Assembly: GCF_004010195.1 (NCBI RefSeq)
Contig: NC_057749.1
Location: 19,151,538-19,215,537 of the forward strand
Direction: 5' to 3'
Source of the DNA: Chiloscyllium plagiosum
Lineage: Eukaryota
DNA length: 64,000 bases
The first letter of the stretch is position 1; each line of letters opens with the position of its first letter. Position numbers and translations under genes: made by a program. Positions 38,166 to 52,140 of the stretch are shown in pieces. Under the pieces are notes generated by a model that saw only the letters and a program-made list of their open reading frames with translations, did not search any database and was not told the DNA's origin.

Positions 38166-39582
38166 TCTTGAATGTGTGGAAATGGCCAAGTGAACAGGTG
38201 GCAAACATATGTATGAATATTCCAGCAGCATATAAACTGAGGCAGGATGAATTTAGGCAAAGTTATGGAATTGGAAATAAATATTGCTTATGATGGCATA
38301 GATATGTGTTCTGAAACTCATCTAATCTTTGACACAAGGGATGTAAACAATTTAGTTTAATCTCAGACAGTTGCTAGGGGGTTTAGAGGGTCAATAGGTT
38401 TTTGAGGAAAAAGATGTTGACAGCAGATTTTAAAAAGGCTGGGCAACAGAATGTTTAGTATTTAACAATGATAGGTTGACAGGTGCTGAACAGAGTGATC
38501 AAAATGATAATTCGGTTCCATAGTTTTCACCTTTATTTGTCTTTTTAGAATACAGATATTCAAAACTGTGCATTTCTTTTTGTTTAAATCTGTTCTAAGT
38601 TGGGTATGCAACTCTAAAATAAATTAGTAAGTACTAAACTTTTGTTTGGAACTCACTTTGCAAACTATTGCTTGCTAGGAATAATGGCCATTATTTAATA
38701 GCCTCTTGTTAAATTGTGACTTAAATATTGTTCACCATTCTAATTGGATTTATTGATGCTAGCTTTCGTTTAAACAATGTTTATGGAACTCTTTCCAAGA
38801 GGGGAACTCTAAAGTGCAAAGTGTATGTATTTTATTTTATTACTAGTAATGGAACGTAGTATTTGGCAAATGTTCTGACAGTGATAGGAATCTTCTTCTG
38901 CACAAGGTACCTTGTTTGCCAGCTGGATTTGAATTTTCTCTGACAATCTCTCACCAATTTTGAGACCAGATCAAAAACAGGATTAAGAATTTTCAAATGT
39001 TGCTACAAGTATTCAAAACATTGGAAAAAGACCTGGCATAAAATGTTTGCCAGCCAACATTTAAGTAAAACTGCTTTAAGCAAAAAAGAACATGTACATT
39101 CTAATGGAATATCAACGTTACTGAGGAAACCAGCTGTCAAGAAAAATACAAGTTACATCTTCGATATCATACTCAGTCAGAGCAATGGTGTGGGAACAAC
39201 TATTGACAGCTCCTCCCATGTCTGACAGAGAGAGGCAGATTTGGCACTGAATGTTAGTTGAGCTTTGGGTTCCCCATTCCTGAATACTCTCATATTTGCT
39301 AGTGGCAAATACTTATAACTTTTGAATGATAATTCATCAATTTTAAATAAAAGTCCATTGCACCGTAAAGTGTGTCCAATTATCTCATCAAAATGACAGT
39401 TAATGTGTAACAATTTCCTAGGGTCATAACTGCATTTCAATATGTTGGAATCCGTAAACTCTCAGGAACTGTTTGTGGGCATGATTTAATTGACTACTTT
39501 TTCAGAGTTGTTTTTGGGAATTTTTGGAAAATGGAGCAGAATTCACTGCAAATCTATACAGTTTACTTTTCTTTGGTTGTAG

Positions 39583-39834
39583 CCACTACAGTCACAGACT
39601 CATACCCCAACCAGCCAGCCAAATGCATCACTGGCTCCATATGCCTCCCCTCGGTCACCTCCAGTGCAACCCCACACGCCAGTCACCAGTGCTCATGCTG
39701 CTACACCGCCCATGCAGAACAACCAGCCTGTGGAGTTCAACCATGCCATTAATTATGTCAACAAGATCAAAAATCGTTTCCAGGGACAGCCTGATATCTA
39801 CAAGGCCTTTCTGGAGATCCTGCACACCTACCAG
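39583..39834 (+). CDS. SIN3A: SIN3A coding exon 5 (PAH2 N-half)
   Basis: TGTAG| acceptor, CAG|GTAAGG donor, 252 nt; [38 protein letters not shown]. Confidence 0.95.
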
Positions 39835-40087
39835 GTAAGGAAGTACACAGCATTTATATTTCTCCCCTGTCACACTAATAGCAGTGGAAAATGTTTTAGC
39901 ATCTCTTGTTATCAACCTTATATGTTATCAATCAAGCAATTCTTTTCCTTTCTATCTATGTTTGCCACTTCTTCCTTTTTAATTGTGTTGGTATGACTAG
40001 CTGAATCCTTGTCTTGTGTAGCTTTCATGTTCTGCAAGAGACAAGAGTACTTAGTTTTTTGTGTGTTACCGTATGACTGGGTGAGAA

Positions 40088-40090
<3 letters not shown>

Positions 40091-40160
<70 letters not shown>
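40091..40160 (+). repeat. (GT)29(GA)6 compound microsatellite
   Basis: Read directly. Confidence 0.98.
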
Positions 40161-40204
40161 CTGTGCTTCATATACGATGCTCTGAAGTTTTCCTTCTGTT
40201 ACAG

Positions 40205-40357
40205 AAGGAACAGCGGAATGCAAAGGAGGCTGGTGGGAACTACACACCAGCACTGACGGAGCAGGAGGTATATGCTCAGGTAGCAAGACTCTTTAAAAAC
40301 CAAGAAGACCTCCTTTCAGAATTTGGACAGTTCCTGCCTGATGCCAATAGCTCTGTT
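40205..40357 (+). CDS. SIN3A: SIN3A coding exon 6 (PAH2 C-half)
   Basis: TTACAG| acceptor, GTT|GTAAGT donor, 153 nt; [11 protein letters not shown]...[16 protein letters not shown]. Confidence 0.96.
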
Positions 40358-41015
40358 GTAAGTATTATGTATTAATTAATTTTTGGGAAATTAATGGACA
40401 CTCTGCTCGCATTCTGCTGCTTTTCTTTTTTCATCTAAATTTGAACTGAGTGTCCAGGAATTCAAAATTACAAACTGTTATATTTCTTTACCAATATTTT
40501 CAAAATCATTGATAATTGGAGCTGGGAATGTTAATAGAAGTTAATTTATGACTACGTCTTTTGGGAAGGAAAGAGGCAGCTTAAACCATGGAACACTTAA
40601 TAGAAATAATTTGTGATGCCTTGGAAGAAATCTAGATCATACTCAGTAAAAGAGTCATCTATAATTATAATTTATTTTAGCTTTTGATATGAATGCCTCT
40701 TTCCCCACCTAGGCTTAGTCCACCCTAGTGAGGTGTAGCTTCCAGAATGCCAATTCTTGTATTTGCATTTCTGTATAAATTAATGGCAACTTCTGGCTGC
40801 TTTTTCCAGATAGGAGAGTCTTTTCCTCTTTTGGCTTCTCCTAGGACATGGTCTGCATGATGCTGCTACATGCTGCAAAGTAGCACATGTACTGTTTTCT
40901 CAGTGTAGTAATCTAGATAAGCATGCGTCCAAACTCTTCAATTGTTTTAACTTGTCTGAATTATAACACTTAACCTCAGAACTGAACTGATTGAAAGGTG
41001 TTTTCTGCACTGTAG

Positions 41016-41174
41016 TTGCTGAGCAAGACAACAGCAGAGAAGGCTGATTCTGTTCGGAATGATCATGGTGGCACAGTGAAGAAGCCTCAGCTGAACAATA
41101 ACAAGCAAAGAAGCAATCAGAATGGTTGTCAGATCCGTCGTCACTCAGGCACAGGAACCACACCTCCCGTCAAA
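41016..41174 (+). CDS. SIN3A: SIN3A coding exon 7 ([19 protein letters not shown]...TTPPVK)
   Basis: TGTAG| acceptor, AAA|GTAAGT donor, 159 nt; not in the ORF track, translated by hand. Confidence 0.93.
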
Positions 41175-42529
41175 GTAAGTACAGAATAACTATTATGTGA
41201 CTAAACAAGAGTTTGAACTCCTGATAAGGTAGTTCTGTGACAAATTTGTTTGCTATTGTATACATAACATCACATTCTAATGCAAAGATTGTAAACGTCC
41301 AGGTACAACAACATGCATTTACACAGTGCTTTTAAAGGTTTCGAACATTTTGCTGGATTTCACAAAGACATGATTGAAAGAATATTGGTCCAAAGTTTTT
41401 GATGTAGAGAAAAAATTTATGCTGTAACAATGAGTTTCTCTGGAAAGCATCTGCATGATTCCTGAAGAGAATAGCATGCATTGTTTGGTAAACATGCTTT
41501 TGATATCTTATGGTAGACTGATACTGTGCAGTTTAGTAGCACTTCTGTAGTCTTGGTCATGATAAGTCAGTCGATTAGCCTATTGAATGATTAAACTATG
41601 CATCACGTATATTATTCTATTACTAAAGTGTTTTAACATTTGTCCTTTTAAAAGAAGCATATCCGAGACTTTTGCGAGATGTTTAGATGTGTACCAAGAG
41701 GTCCTGGACCACACACGTACCTGCATGTCCTTGATAATTTGCTTTGCTCAAGCAGCTGGCATTAATAGATTTTGCTGTTTTAATTTAGGAATTATCCATT
41801 AATGAGGATGTAGCACTATGAACATTCTTTTCCAAACTTCAGAAACTGGAAGCCCAGGAAATACCATAGGGCAAGTAGATAAGTAAGAAACAAAAATCTG
41901 AATAGAACTGATTGACGTAGGTTTTGTGTCTGAATTGGCAGATTTATCCCAAGGGAAGTGATTTAGGCTCATAAAATTGGATTGTTATATATTAATGTGT
42001 CCTTTAAAATTAAAGGTTAATGGCTATTGATAAGAGAAGTTTGTAGGTTGGCAAATGCTTGTAAATTCTTGGAGCCAGGTTAGAAGACATAAAATGAACA
42101 TCATTAGTTTGTGTGTCAGATTTATTTATGACAAATTTGGTTTATTTTGTGGATACAAGTGACTTTATAATTAAGATCCCCTTTTGAAATTCCTTGATTT
42201 GTTGCTTTCCCTGATGTAAAGAAGCTCTGGTTATAAGTGTCATACTTGTGATATAAGCTGCTGCAAAAGCACTTTAAATTGATATCTTTCAAGTGGTCAT
42301 GTTGGGAAAGCAGCAAAATTTATTAGTTGTACATATGAGATGAAAGCAGCTAATATTATTTGAGAACTTGATGGAAGGGCAAATAAAATATGGACTGGTA
42401 ACCACAGTTCCACTTGGCAGGCTCCTGATCTTCAGTTATCTGCTTAGCGACAGGCTGCCTCATTGTTATCAGAGACTGAAGATGAAGAACTATAGTAATG
42501 TGATCATGATGTTGCTAAATCTTCGACAA

Positions 42530-42712
42530 GTTTAGCTCAGTTGGCTAAATGGCTGATTTGATGCCAACAGCATGGGTTCATTTCATGCATCAGTTCAGGT
42601 CACCATGAACCTCGCTCGTTTCCTGAGATGTGGTGATCCTCAGGTTAAATCATCACCAGTTGTCTTTCCCAAATGAGAAAGCAGACCTATGGTCCAGTAG
42701 GACTATGGCAAC
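42530..42712 (+). mobile_element. tRNA-derived SINE-like element
   Basis: TTAGCTCAGTTGG A box, GGGTTCATTTC B-box-like; a similar minus-strand head lies at ~34740-34815. Confidence 0.55.
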
Positions 42713-42847
42713 CTGACTAGAATATTCATTTTGAACTGATGCAATATGCTGTACATGCTCTGCTCTTCATTCTACAATTGTTCAGAAAGGTCATCTAAAA
42801 TAAACGTAAGCCATCGGTGACCACAAGATTTTTCTTTTTATTTGTAG

Positions 42848-42937
42848 AAGAAACCAAAAATGTTGGCATTAAAAGACCAGTCCTTGGCTGAAGTCAGTAA
42901 GCATGGAGCTGGAACAGAAACTTTGTTCTTTGATAAG
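42848..42937 (+). CDS. SIN3A: SIN3A coding exon 8 ([11 protein letters not shown]...ETLFFDK)
   Basis: TTTGTAG| acceptor, AAG|GTAAGT donor, 90 nt; translated by hand. Confidence 0.92.
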
Positions 42938-43267
42938 GTAAGTGGGATTGGTTCCAAATCAGTGCACTGAAAGAGTTTGATCGTAGTCTCTTTTTCAAAC
43001 AAAATGTTCTTATAGTCATCGCTTTTATGTTTCTGGACTAATAATCTAGAGGATGGCTCAAATCTCTGCTACAACACAAACTTTTCAAATCTCTGATGTA
43101 TTAAATCATAACTGCATTCTCTGAATATGCTTATTATGCACAGACTGTTTGATTATGGACAACACTTGAAGGAAACTGCTCCTAAATAGGGTCAGATAGT
43201 ATTTTTAAAAGTACCCTTGGTTTCCTTACAATCCCCAAAAGACAGATTTGCTGTTTCTCTTACTTAC

Positions 43268-43785
43268 AGAGTCATAGAGTTTTCAGCATGGAAACTGACC
43301 CTTCAGATCAACTTGTCCATGCCAACCAGATATCCTAAACTGATCTAGTTCTATTTGCCAGCATTTGGCCCATCTCCTTCTAACCCTTCCTATTTATATA
43401 TCCATCCAGATACCATTTAAATGTTATCATTGTAAGCCCCTTCATCTCTTCCTCTGACAGCTTGTTCCATACGCACACTACCCTCTATGTGAAAAAATTG
43501 TCCTTTAGGTCCCTTTTAAATCTTTTCCCTCTCACCTTAAAGCTATGCCATCTAGTTTTGGACTCACTTACCGTGGGGAAAAGACCTTGGCTATTCACTC
43601 TATCCATGCCCCTCATGATTTTATATGCCACGACAAGATCACCCCTCAGCCTCCAACACTCCAGGGAAAATAGCCCCACCCTATTCAGCCTCTCCCGATT
43701 CCTCAAACCCTCCAAATCTGGCAACATTCTTGTAAATCTTCTCAAGTTTCACAGTGTCTTACCTGTAGGAGTGCAAACCAGAATT
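43268..43785 (-). mobile_element. CR1/HER1 3' fragment
   Basis: RFTRMLPDLEGL..RERLNRVGLFSLECWRLRGDL. Confidence 0.9.
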
Positions 43786-44629
43786 GTTAAGGAGTAATCA
43801 AAATCAAAAAGCTGGAAATAGTCAGCAGGTTAGGCAGCATCTGGAGGAAGAGATACAGAATTAATGGGCAGAATCTTGTTGAGATATCAGAGATCTTGTC
43901 TGCTGTTTGGTGAACTGGTGAGAGAACCACATTACCTCTTTTCAGGAATGCTTGCTGAACCACAAGCCAGTCAGGCAATGGTAAGGCCACTGGTGGGCCT
44001 TCCTTGGTATCAAGAGAGTGTGAAAGTTATTCCCACTGAGAGCTGCGAGCCAATCTGCTGCCAGAAGTTTCGGCATTGGAGAGTGATCTCAGAGGTGACA
44101 AGCTGGCTGATTAGGTGGATGTGTGCTAAATTGCCTGTAGTATCTATGAATGTGCAGGCTAGATGGATTAGCCATGGGAAATGCAGGGTAGAAAGGTGGA
44201 TTTGGGTGGGATGTTCTTTAGAGGGTCGGTGTGGACCCGATGGGCTGAATGGCCTGCTTCCATACACAGAACTGTACAGCACAGAAACAGGGCCTTCAGG
44301 ATTCTATATATGGTCTTGGATGTTGTGACTTTACTTGGCAACAGGCCAATCTGCAGCTGAGTTAATCCCAGCCACTGAAGAGAAGAAGCCCTTCAGTGAT
44401 TCTTAACTGACCACTTCAGGGCCTAATTTTTTGGCAGGGGATTTTGGGTCTTCTCACTCAGACCCGAATTGTAATTAAAATTTAATAAAGGCATGAAATT
44501 GTCAGGATTCAGATACAATATCCCACTTAATCACATATCTTTATTATCTTCAAATTTGCCATGTGGGAGAGCTGAAGATTCAGGTTGATCACTTTTCACC
44601 AGCATGAAAAAAAAGTTTGAGATATTATA

Positions 44630-45088
44630 GGCTTTTCAGAGGAGGTTCACTTGGTTAATCCCAGAGTTGAGAGGTTTGTCATATGAAGAGAGATTGAACA
44701 GTTTAGGACTGTATTCCTTTGAATTTAGAAGAATGAGAGATCAAATTGAGGTATTCAAGATGATAAAAGGTATGAATAAAATAGACGTGGAGTGAATGCT
44801 TTCTCTTTTGTGGCATTCTATGATGAGAGGTCATAGTCTTAGGATAAGGGGTAGCAAATTTAAAACAGTTGAGGAGAAACTACATATCCCAAAAGTGTTT
44901 TGAATCTGTGGAATTTGCTATCCCAAAGTGCTGTTGATGCTGCAACAGTGATTAAATTTAAGGAAGAATTGGTAATGTGTTGAAGGGTGTAGGGAGAAGG
45001 CAGGAAAATGGGAGTAAGGAGTATATCCATCATGATTGAATGTTGAAGTAGACTCAATGGGCTGAATGGCCTAATTCTGCTCCTATAG
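44630..45088 (+). mobile_element. CR1 3' fragment
   Basis: QRRFTWLIPELRGLSYEERLNSLGLYSFEFRRMR-coding segment; tail GGGCTGAATGGCCTAATTCTGCTCCTAT. Confidence 0.85.
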
Positions 45089-46399
45089 CTTATGAACTTT
45101 CAGCAAGTACAGACCGAGAATCAGGGAGGAGCAAGGAATAGAAGTGATGGTCTAAGATTGAATGGAAAGCAGAAGACAGAGATGATAGAAAAAAAGTTGA
45201 TGATTGCAAGATAAAAGAAGTGGCCGTGTGATGAGTGAATAAACAAGCCATTGACACTTGGAGTTCTTCTGGATCTATGGCAGAAACGTGCCTCATGCCT
45301 GGTAATGGGCGATAGTGATGGTGGTCTGAAATTGTGGACTGTTGTGGCACAGTGTTGGTGTCCCTGACCTTGAACCAGGAGGCCTGTGTTCAAGTCCCAT
45401 CTGTTTCTCAAGGTGTATTATGCATCTTTGAACAAGTTGATTAGAATATATGTATGATCTGAAATTACTGGCCTTGATACAAAAGAGAAATACTCTGGAT
45501 ACTGGAAATCTGAAATAAAAACAGCAAGATCCAGAAACACCCAGCAGGTCAGGCATTATTTGTGGAGAGATGAACACAGTAAATGTTTCTCTTTAGTGAC
45601 CTGTGACACTCATTTCTCTCTATTGCTGAATTTGACTTTGGGCACGTTACAATCGTCTAGACTCGATCAAAAGGTGAAGTGCTGTTTCTCAAACAGTGTT
45701 GAGCTTTATTAGAATATGTAGGAGGTTTGGAGTGGGAGTGACCCAGAAAATTAGCAAGCAATTGGAAACTTGTGTAGTGCTTGTGAAGACTGGACACCTT
45801 CCCATGACAGAGGTACATTGGTTTGTGCGGGTCTGAGATACCTTCGGGGACTCATGATGTGTTTAACACTGATTCTGCAACAAGCAATCAGAATGGTGCT
45901 GATCCTCATACAAATTAATACAAGTCATATCAGTGACCCGACTGCCAGATAAATCCAGCTAAGAATTTAATTTCTACACTAAAAGGTTTCCTTTTGAAAA
46001 GAACATTTGTGTTTGATGAAGGTGCAGATACAGATGCTGACTTTTTCACCCTTGTGTAATTACGGTTCCTGTATTAGTAATGTAGCAAAACATAACTTGA
46101 CCTAATCGTCATGGTAATACTTCCAGAATAGACACTGGCTGCCACATACACTCAGTGTAGGTAGAGACAGACAGTGCTTTTCTCTCTGTGGGAGTCAACT
46201 AGTGGCATCTGCTGTTTGATTCACACATTGCAATGAAATGTTATGGTTGGCCCAGCATCAATTTCAGACTCATTACTGGGACTGATCTATCTCAAATTAT
46301 TCTAAGTTTTTAAAGGGCTGATTTAACGACTGAGATACAATCAATTTTGTATGCATGGGCATGTTTGACATGAAGGAGATGCTGTGGAAAAGAGAATAA

Positions 46400-46800
46400 A
46401 AGTGTGACACTTTTCATGTCCCTTGCACATTTCAAAGCACTTTTCAGAAAGTATTCAATTGGCTGTAGAGTAATTATTGTTTTAATGTAGGAAACGTCAC
46501 AGCTAATATGTGCTCAATAAATTCCCACAAACAGCAATGTGATAGTGACCAGACATTCTTTTTAGGCATATTGATTAAGAACTAATAAATATTAGCTTGT
46601 TCACCAAGGACAACTGTCCTACTCCTCTTTGAAAATCTAAGTGAGTTTTTTACATTTGCCTGAACGTAATGCATGGTCCTCAGTCTAATGTCTCATCCAA
46701 ATGATGGCATGTCTCACTGTGCAGCACACCCTTAACACTGCATTGGAGTGATATATTTGATTTTTATGTTCAAGTTTACAGTAAGAATGCTGCTGTCAGA
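46400..46800 (-). mobile_element. Deu-domain SINE (SacSINE1/AmnSINE1-related)
   Basis: Reverse complement CACTCCAATGCAGTGTTAAGGGTGTGCTGCACAGT...GGATGAGACATTAGACTGAGG...ATCACATTGCTGTTTGTGGGA. Confidence 0.75.
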
Positions 46801-46840
46801 GCCACTTCTGAAATTGGGTGGAAATGCATATAAAAAAAGA

Positions 46841-46945
46841 TCGAGCCCTCAACAATCACCTTATGAAGGAGCGTCGCTCCGAAAGCTAGTGTGCTTCCAA
46901 TTAAATCTGTTGGACTATAACCTGGTGTTGTGTGATTTTTAACTT
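46841..46945 (+). mobile_element. Solo pLTR-like insertion, family B, hammerhead with core mutation; 12-bp TSD
   Basis: CAC-CTTATGA-A-GGAGC-GTC-GCTCC-GAAA-GC-TA-GTG (46857-46891); TATAAAAAAAGA at 46829-46840 and 46946-46957. Confidence 0.82.
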
Positions 46946-47279
46946 TATAAAAAAAGAGTTAGAGTACTTGGGATTTATTTTGGAGCTTTTTTGATTGCTC
47001 CACAATTTTATTTGGAAAATGAAGAGGTGTAAAATTTATGAAATATACTTTTTCAATATTTCATAACAGATCAAGTCACTTTTCAAGCACTTTGGAGTTT
47101 ACAACAATGTTGTTGGACTTTCATTAATTGGATCAGTATTATATAAAGATCCCAACAATCTTGATCCATGGACTGAATTGGATATAAATGTATACACACA
47201 AGCACCCCCTTCCAAAAAAAACTATTTAGTATGAAGGAAAGAATAACATAATTAAATATTCTTTGTTATCTGGTTTTAG

Positions 47280-47399
<120 letters not shown>

Positions 47400-48777
47400 T
47401 AAGCAGTGACTGAAAAAGAGTTCTGTATTCTGGTTAGGCAATTTAAACCTTGGAAGACCTCAATAGCCCTCAATAATGTATTACATCTCTTTTATTGTGT
47501 GTTTTGTGATTCAGTATATTTTCCTGATTCACAGATTCCATGTTGACAAATTCCAGGCAATAATGATGTGTAATACAGGAAGCTAGAGGGTTAGAAGCTA
47601 AATAGGAAAATCAGCTTTGGGTTATAAAGCAAGTAAACACTTGTCATTTTCAAAAACTGAACAGCCATCAAAATTTGCACCAAGTTTGTTAGTGTTTTGA
47701 GAAGTTTTTCTTTGTTTGGTGACTTGCTGCCAAAAAAGTTATATAAGAGCTTCTTTTGGTGGCACAGCCTGATTTGCACATTGCTATTATCTTTTACTTT
47801 AATGGTCTGAGGAACAAACTTGAAGTAAGAGGACTGGCAAACCCTTTCAAGAGGCTAGTGAGGAGATGCTGTTTGGAATTACTAGGTTAATGTACTGGCA
47901 AAATTTTAAGAAATATTAATACTGTCTTAACTCATCAGATTGTGCATCATTATCCACAAATACTTACACAGTTTCAAACTGGGCATTTCTGATCAGATAC
48001 ACTGAGCTTGCCAGTAACTTCCATAATGTTGTGCAAGTCGAATTCTAAAAGTTGTAGCTTTTTAAAATTGCTTATTGTCAGTTAGAGTAACCAAGCTGAT
48101 TTGGTTGTAGTCAGAGTAAAAATTACTTGTTCCAGCTCAAGTAATGTAATTTCATTAGTGCATTTTCACAGGGAAAAAGAATCTGCAAAACTAAATTTCA
48201 AACACCTGTTTTTGTGTTTTTTGGCTTCAATTAACAAGCACCAGTATTTGGGGTAGGCCCTCTTTAATTTACTGCTGGCCTGCAAGCTGTTTAATTTGGA
48301 CAAGCCATAATTTCCCTTGCCTGCTTCTATGATGTTTTCATCAATGAATGGCTACTCTGTCAATCCATTAAAAATAACAGTTCATTTTTTAAAAAAGGGC
48401 AATATATTCAGACATGGCTTAACAGATTAATTTAGAGGTTTGAAAACAAAATAAAATAGTCAAATCTACAGAGTAATTGTTTCTAAATATTATTGTTGAT
48501 TTACCTGCAGCCTTAGATTTATGCAGTCTATATTGTGAAACCTGTAAGAGTAGTCAAACTTGTAAATGGACCAGACAGAACTATTAGAGGTATATTTTAG
48601 CACATATTAAAACCTGTGCAATTCTGAACAGTGTAACTGGGAGATGGGTTTGAGCTAGAGAACCTCCGTTTGTGTCTATATCCCTACTACTGAGGAATAA
48701 GGGAAAAGTTAAAGGGCAAGTCATTCTGTTGACTAGATTGGGAAGCTGACTATTAAGCTAGAAGAAAGACAGATTGA

Positions 48778-49035
<258 letters not shown>

Positions 49036-49525
49036 TGAAATTATTCCATTGAATGTTAAATTCTGACGTGGCTGAATGTGTCTTCCACTGTCCTAGATAG
49101 GCAAATTGGAGTCTTAACTTTGAGGCTGATGCTGTCTGGAGCGGTTGGATTGGAGGCTGGGTCATTTTCAGTTTAAGAATTGGCAGAGTGAAGTATTACT
49201 TCGATTCCAGATAACTTTATTGCCCTAATGTTTCCCACTGCAGCACACTAGATGGTAAATTATTGTACGTGTCTAGTCACTGACCACAAAAGGAAATAAT
49301 ATTATGTTGAAAGGTTACCATTTCTTTCTCCATGCAATTTGTAAAATAATAATTTTAACTCAAACAAAGTGAGAGATGGAAGCTCGTGATTCAGCCCCGT
49401 TTTATCAGTTATAAATTTCACAGTTTAGATTGGGCAAAGATGCTGCCAAGTTTATATGTGGACATTGTTGAATCATTAAGTCTTTATGGATAATTTTGCT
49501 TTCTTAACTCTTTGTTGCTTTGTAA

Positions 49526-49687
<162 letters not shown>

Positions 49688-50214
49688 TAAGAAAAATACT
49701 TTTCATAAAAATTTGTAAAACTGTATTCCACTGTACAAATTGGACGTGACCGAAAGTGCTCACCTCTGAATCTGCACATTTTCATGTTGAAACAAATCTC
49801 TCAAGATCTGACTTGTAAGCAACTGCTGTGAAACTTCACAGGTTTTGAGCTTTATGGACTGGTTCCATTTTCTTTCTAGATTGAGGCTTTGGCATAGCAA
49901 AATATCATCTGAAGTAGCAGCAGAAAACTGAATAAAATCTGAGAAATGTTGCAGATGTGCTGTTAACTAAAAATCGGTGTCCTGACTTGCCTCTTGGACA
50001 ATTAACTTCTTATGCTTTCAACTTTGATGATCACCATCCACTCTTCTTTGTCATTAATTGATCAGTCCTTTTAAAGACTAGTAACATTTCTGTGCCAATA
50101 CACCAGTTTGGCAAACCCTCTTCGATGACCTCCCTTTGTGCAGCTGTGATACTATCCCTGATTAGGCACTCCTCCACCTCTGTAACTACACCTCTTCCCC
50201 TGCGATATCCAAAA

Positions 50215-50870
50215 CATTTGGACAGGTACATGAACTAGGAAGTTTTAGAGAGATATGGACAAAATGCAGGCAAATGGGACTAATTAAGTTTTGAATACCT
50301 AGTTTTCATGGATAAGTTGGATTAAAGGGTCTATTTCTGTCTCTATGACTATCTAAATGAACTCTCCTTAATTTGTCAGACATGTGTTTCACAAAACCAA
50401 AATGAGTGCCTGATTGAATTATGATTTTATACATGTCTATTATGGTTATTAACTCCTTAACAGTGGAGTTTGGCATTTTTCTGGTGACAAATGCTAGACT
50501 AAGTTGCCTTTTGTTTTCTGCTTTCTGTCTGTCTCCTTTCTCGAACACGGTGTTGTATTTGTGGTTTTCCAATCCATTGGCACCTTTCCAGATTCTGGGG
50601 ATTTTTGAAGATTATCAATGTAGGCTCTAAGACTCTAAGATGAGGCCATCGCATCTGGGAGACTTACTGACCTTTAGTCCCATTAGGTTTGGTAGTAATT
50701 TTGTCTCCAGTGGTAATGATTTTTTTTTAAGTCCCTTCTGTCCTTTCACCCCTGTGTTTTCTAGTATTTTTGGATTCTACTTTGTTTTTCCTGTGAAAAC
50801 TGATGTTGTTTCTTTGTTTCCCGTATTAATTCCCCAGTCTCCCCTTCTAAGTACCAGTGCTCAGTTTTGA
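50215..50870. mobile_element. CR1 tail (+, ~50215-50352) abutting an old minus-strand CR1 ORF2 remnant
   Basis: Tail AAGGGTCTATTTCTGTCTCTATGACT; minus strand FEKGDRQKAENKRQLSL resembles FKKG.R.K.GNYRP.SL. Confidence 0.6.
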
Positions 50871-51901
50871 TACTGTTTGCCATTGTAGAAGCTTTTAATA
50901 TCTGGTCTTATATTTTGTGTTAGTTTTCTTTCATACTGTGTAATCTAATTGAAGGTAGAGGAGCCTTAAGCTACTGAATGGCTTCCTCCTGTCTCTAATA
51001 CTTCCATGAAATGTGTGTGATCATTAGGCCTGTTAATGCTCAAAATTGAGGTCTATGCAAAAGGATTTAGTAATTTCTGTTGTGCTGTGGGATTTCAATT
51101 TGTTGAGTTACACACATTTAGGTTGCAATATTTAGACTTGAAATTGTAGACTTGTAGCACAGGACATGGGAGCTGGATTTGGTTTCTATGTTAAGTAACT
51201 GAAGTGTGACCTATGAGAAGTTATTGTTGTATCAAGATTAGGATTTAACCTGACTGCTTGTTTGTAATTTGTGCACTCTGGATCATGTGTACTTTCAACA
51301 TCAGAGTTAAAATGAATCGTAAATAACATTGTAACTCAGACTTATCCAGGCTATTTTGAGCTATAATTGCAGCTATAATACTTTGAAAAAAAATTATTTC
51401 TATAGTCCTGCCTGTTAAAATATACTTCTGTTTTAAGGTGTGTACTGTTTACTATTTATTCCTTTAATTCAATTTGACAAAATGTAAGCTATTTTTCCCC
51501 TTCCTACATCTCTCCTCAGTTTCCAGGGGTGTACTATATGTCTTTTATTTTGTCAAATGAGTGAATCACAGTTTGCACAGAGACCTCTCCTAACGTCACT
51601 CAGTAACTAGCCATGTGTAGACTGTGCAGGGCACACTTGTTTAGAATACTCCAAAAAGGAATTTTCACACCCTGGATATCCCACAAAGCACTTGCTTTGT
51701 TTCAGGAACACATCATGTGGGTCTTGCGATGCCTTGGTGTAACTGTGAAGTTGCTCTTCCTGGAAAAATAAATGCTGGGAATTTGATGTGGAACTTTGTT
51801 TTTCAAAAATTTCATAGCTTTTCTTCATAAAGAATTTGAAAACTTTATCGGTTACAATTAAAATAAAAGCAAGTTCCTTATTCTTGGATTTTTTGGCACA
51901 G

Positions 51902-52140
51902 CTTGACGTTGTCTTGGAAACGAACTTAGCAACGATCCGTGTCCTGGAGACTGTTCAGAAGAAATTGTCACGAATGTCAGCGGAGGACCAAGCTAAATTT
52001 CGTCTGGATAACACTCTTGGTGGTACTTCAGAAGTCATTCACCGTAAGGCCATTCAAAGGATATATGCAGACAAGGCTGCAGACATTCTTGACGGCTTGA
52101 AAAAGAACCCTGCAGTAGCAGTACCCATTGTGCTGAAAAG
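51902..52140 (+). CDS. SIN3A: SIN3A coding exon 12 ([19 protein letters not shown]...VPIVLKR)
   Basis: CACAG| acceptor, AG|GTAAAA donor, 239 nt, phase 0-2. Confidence 0.96.

Noticed and set aside
39918..40286. ORF with an HTHTHT repeat
   Set aside because: It is the antisense translation of the (GT)n microsatellite and a SIN3A exon.
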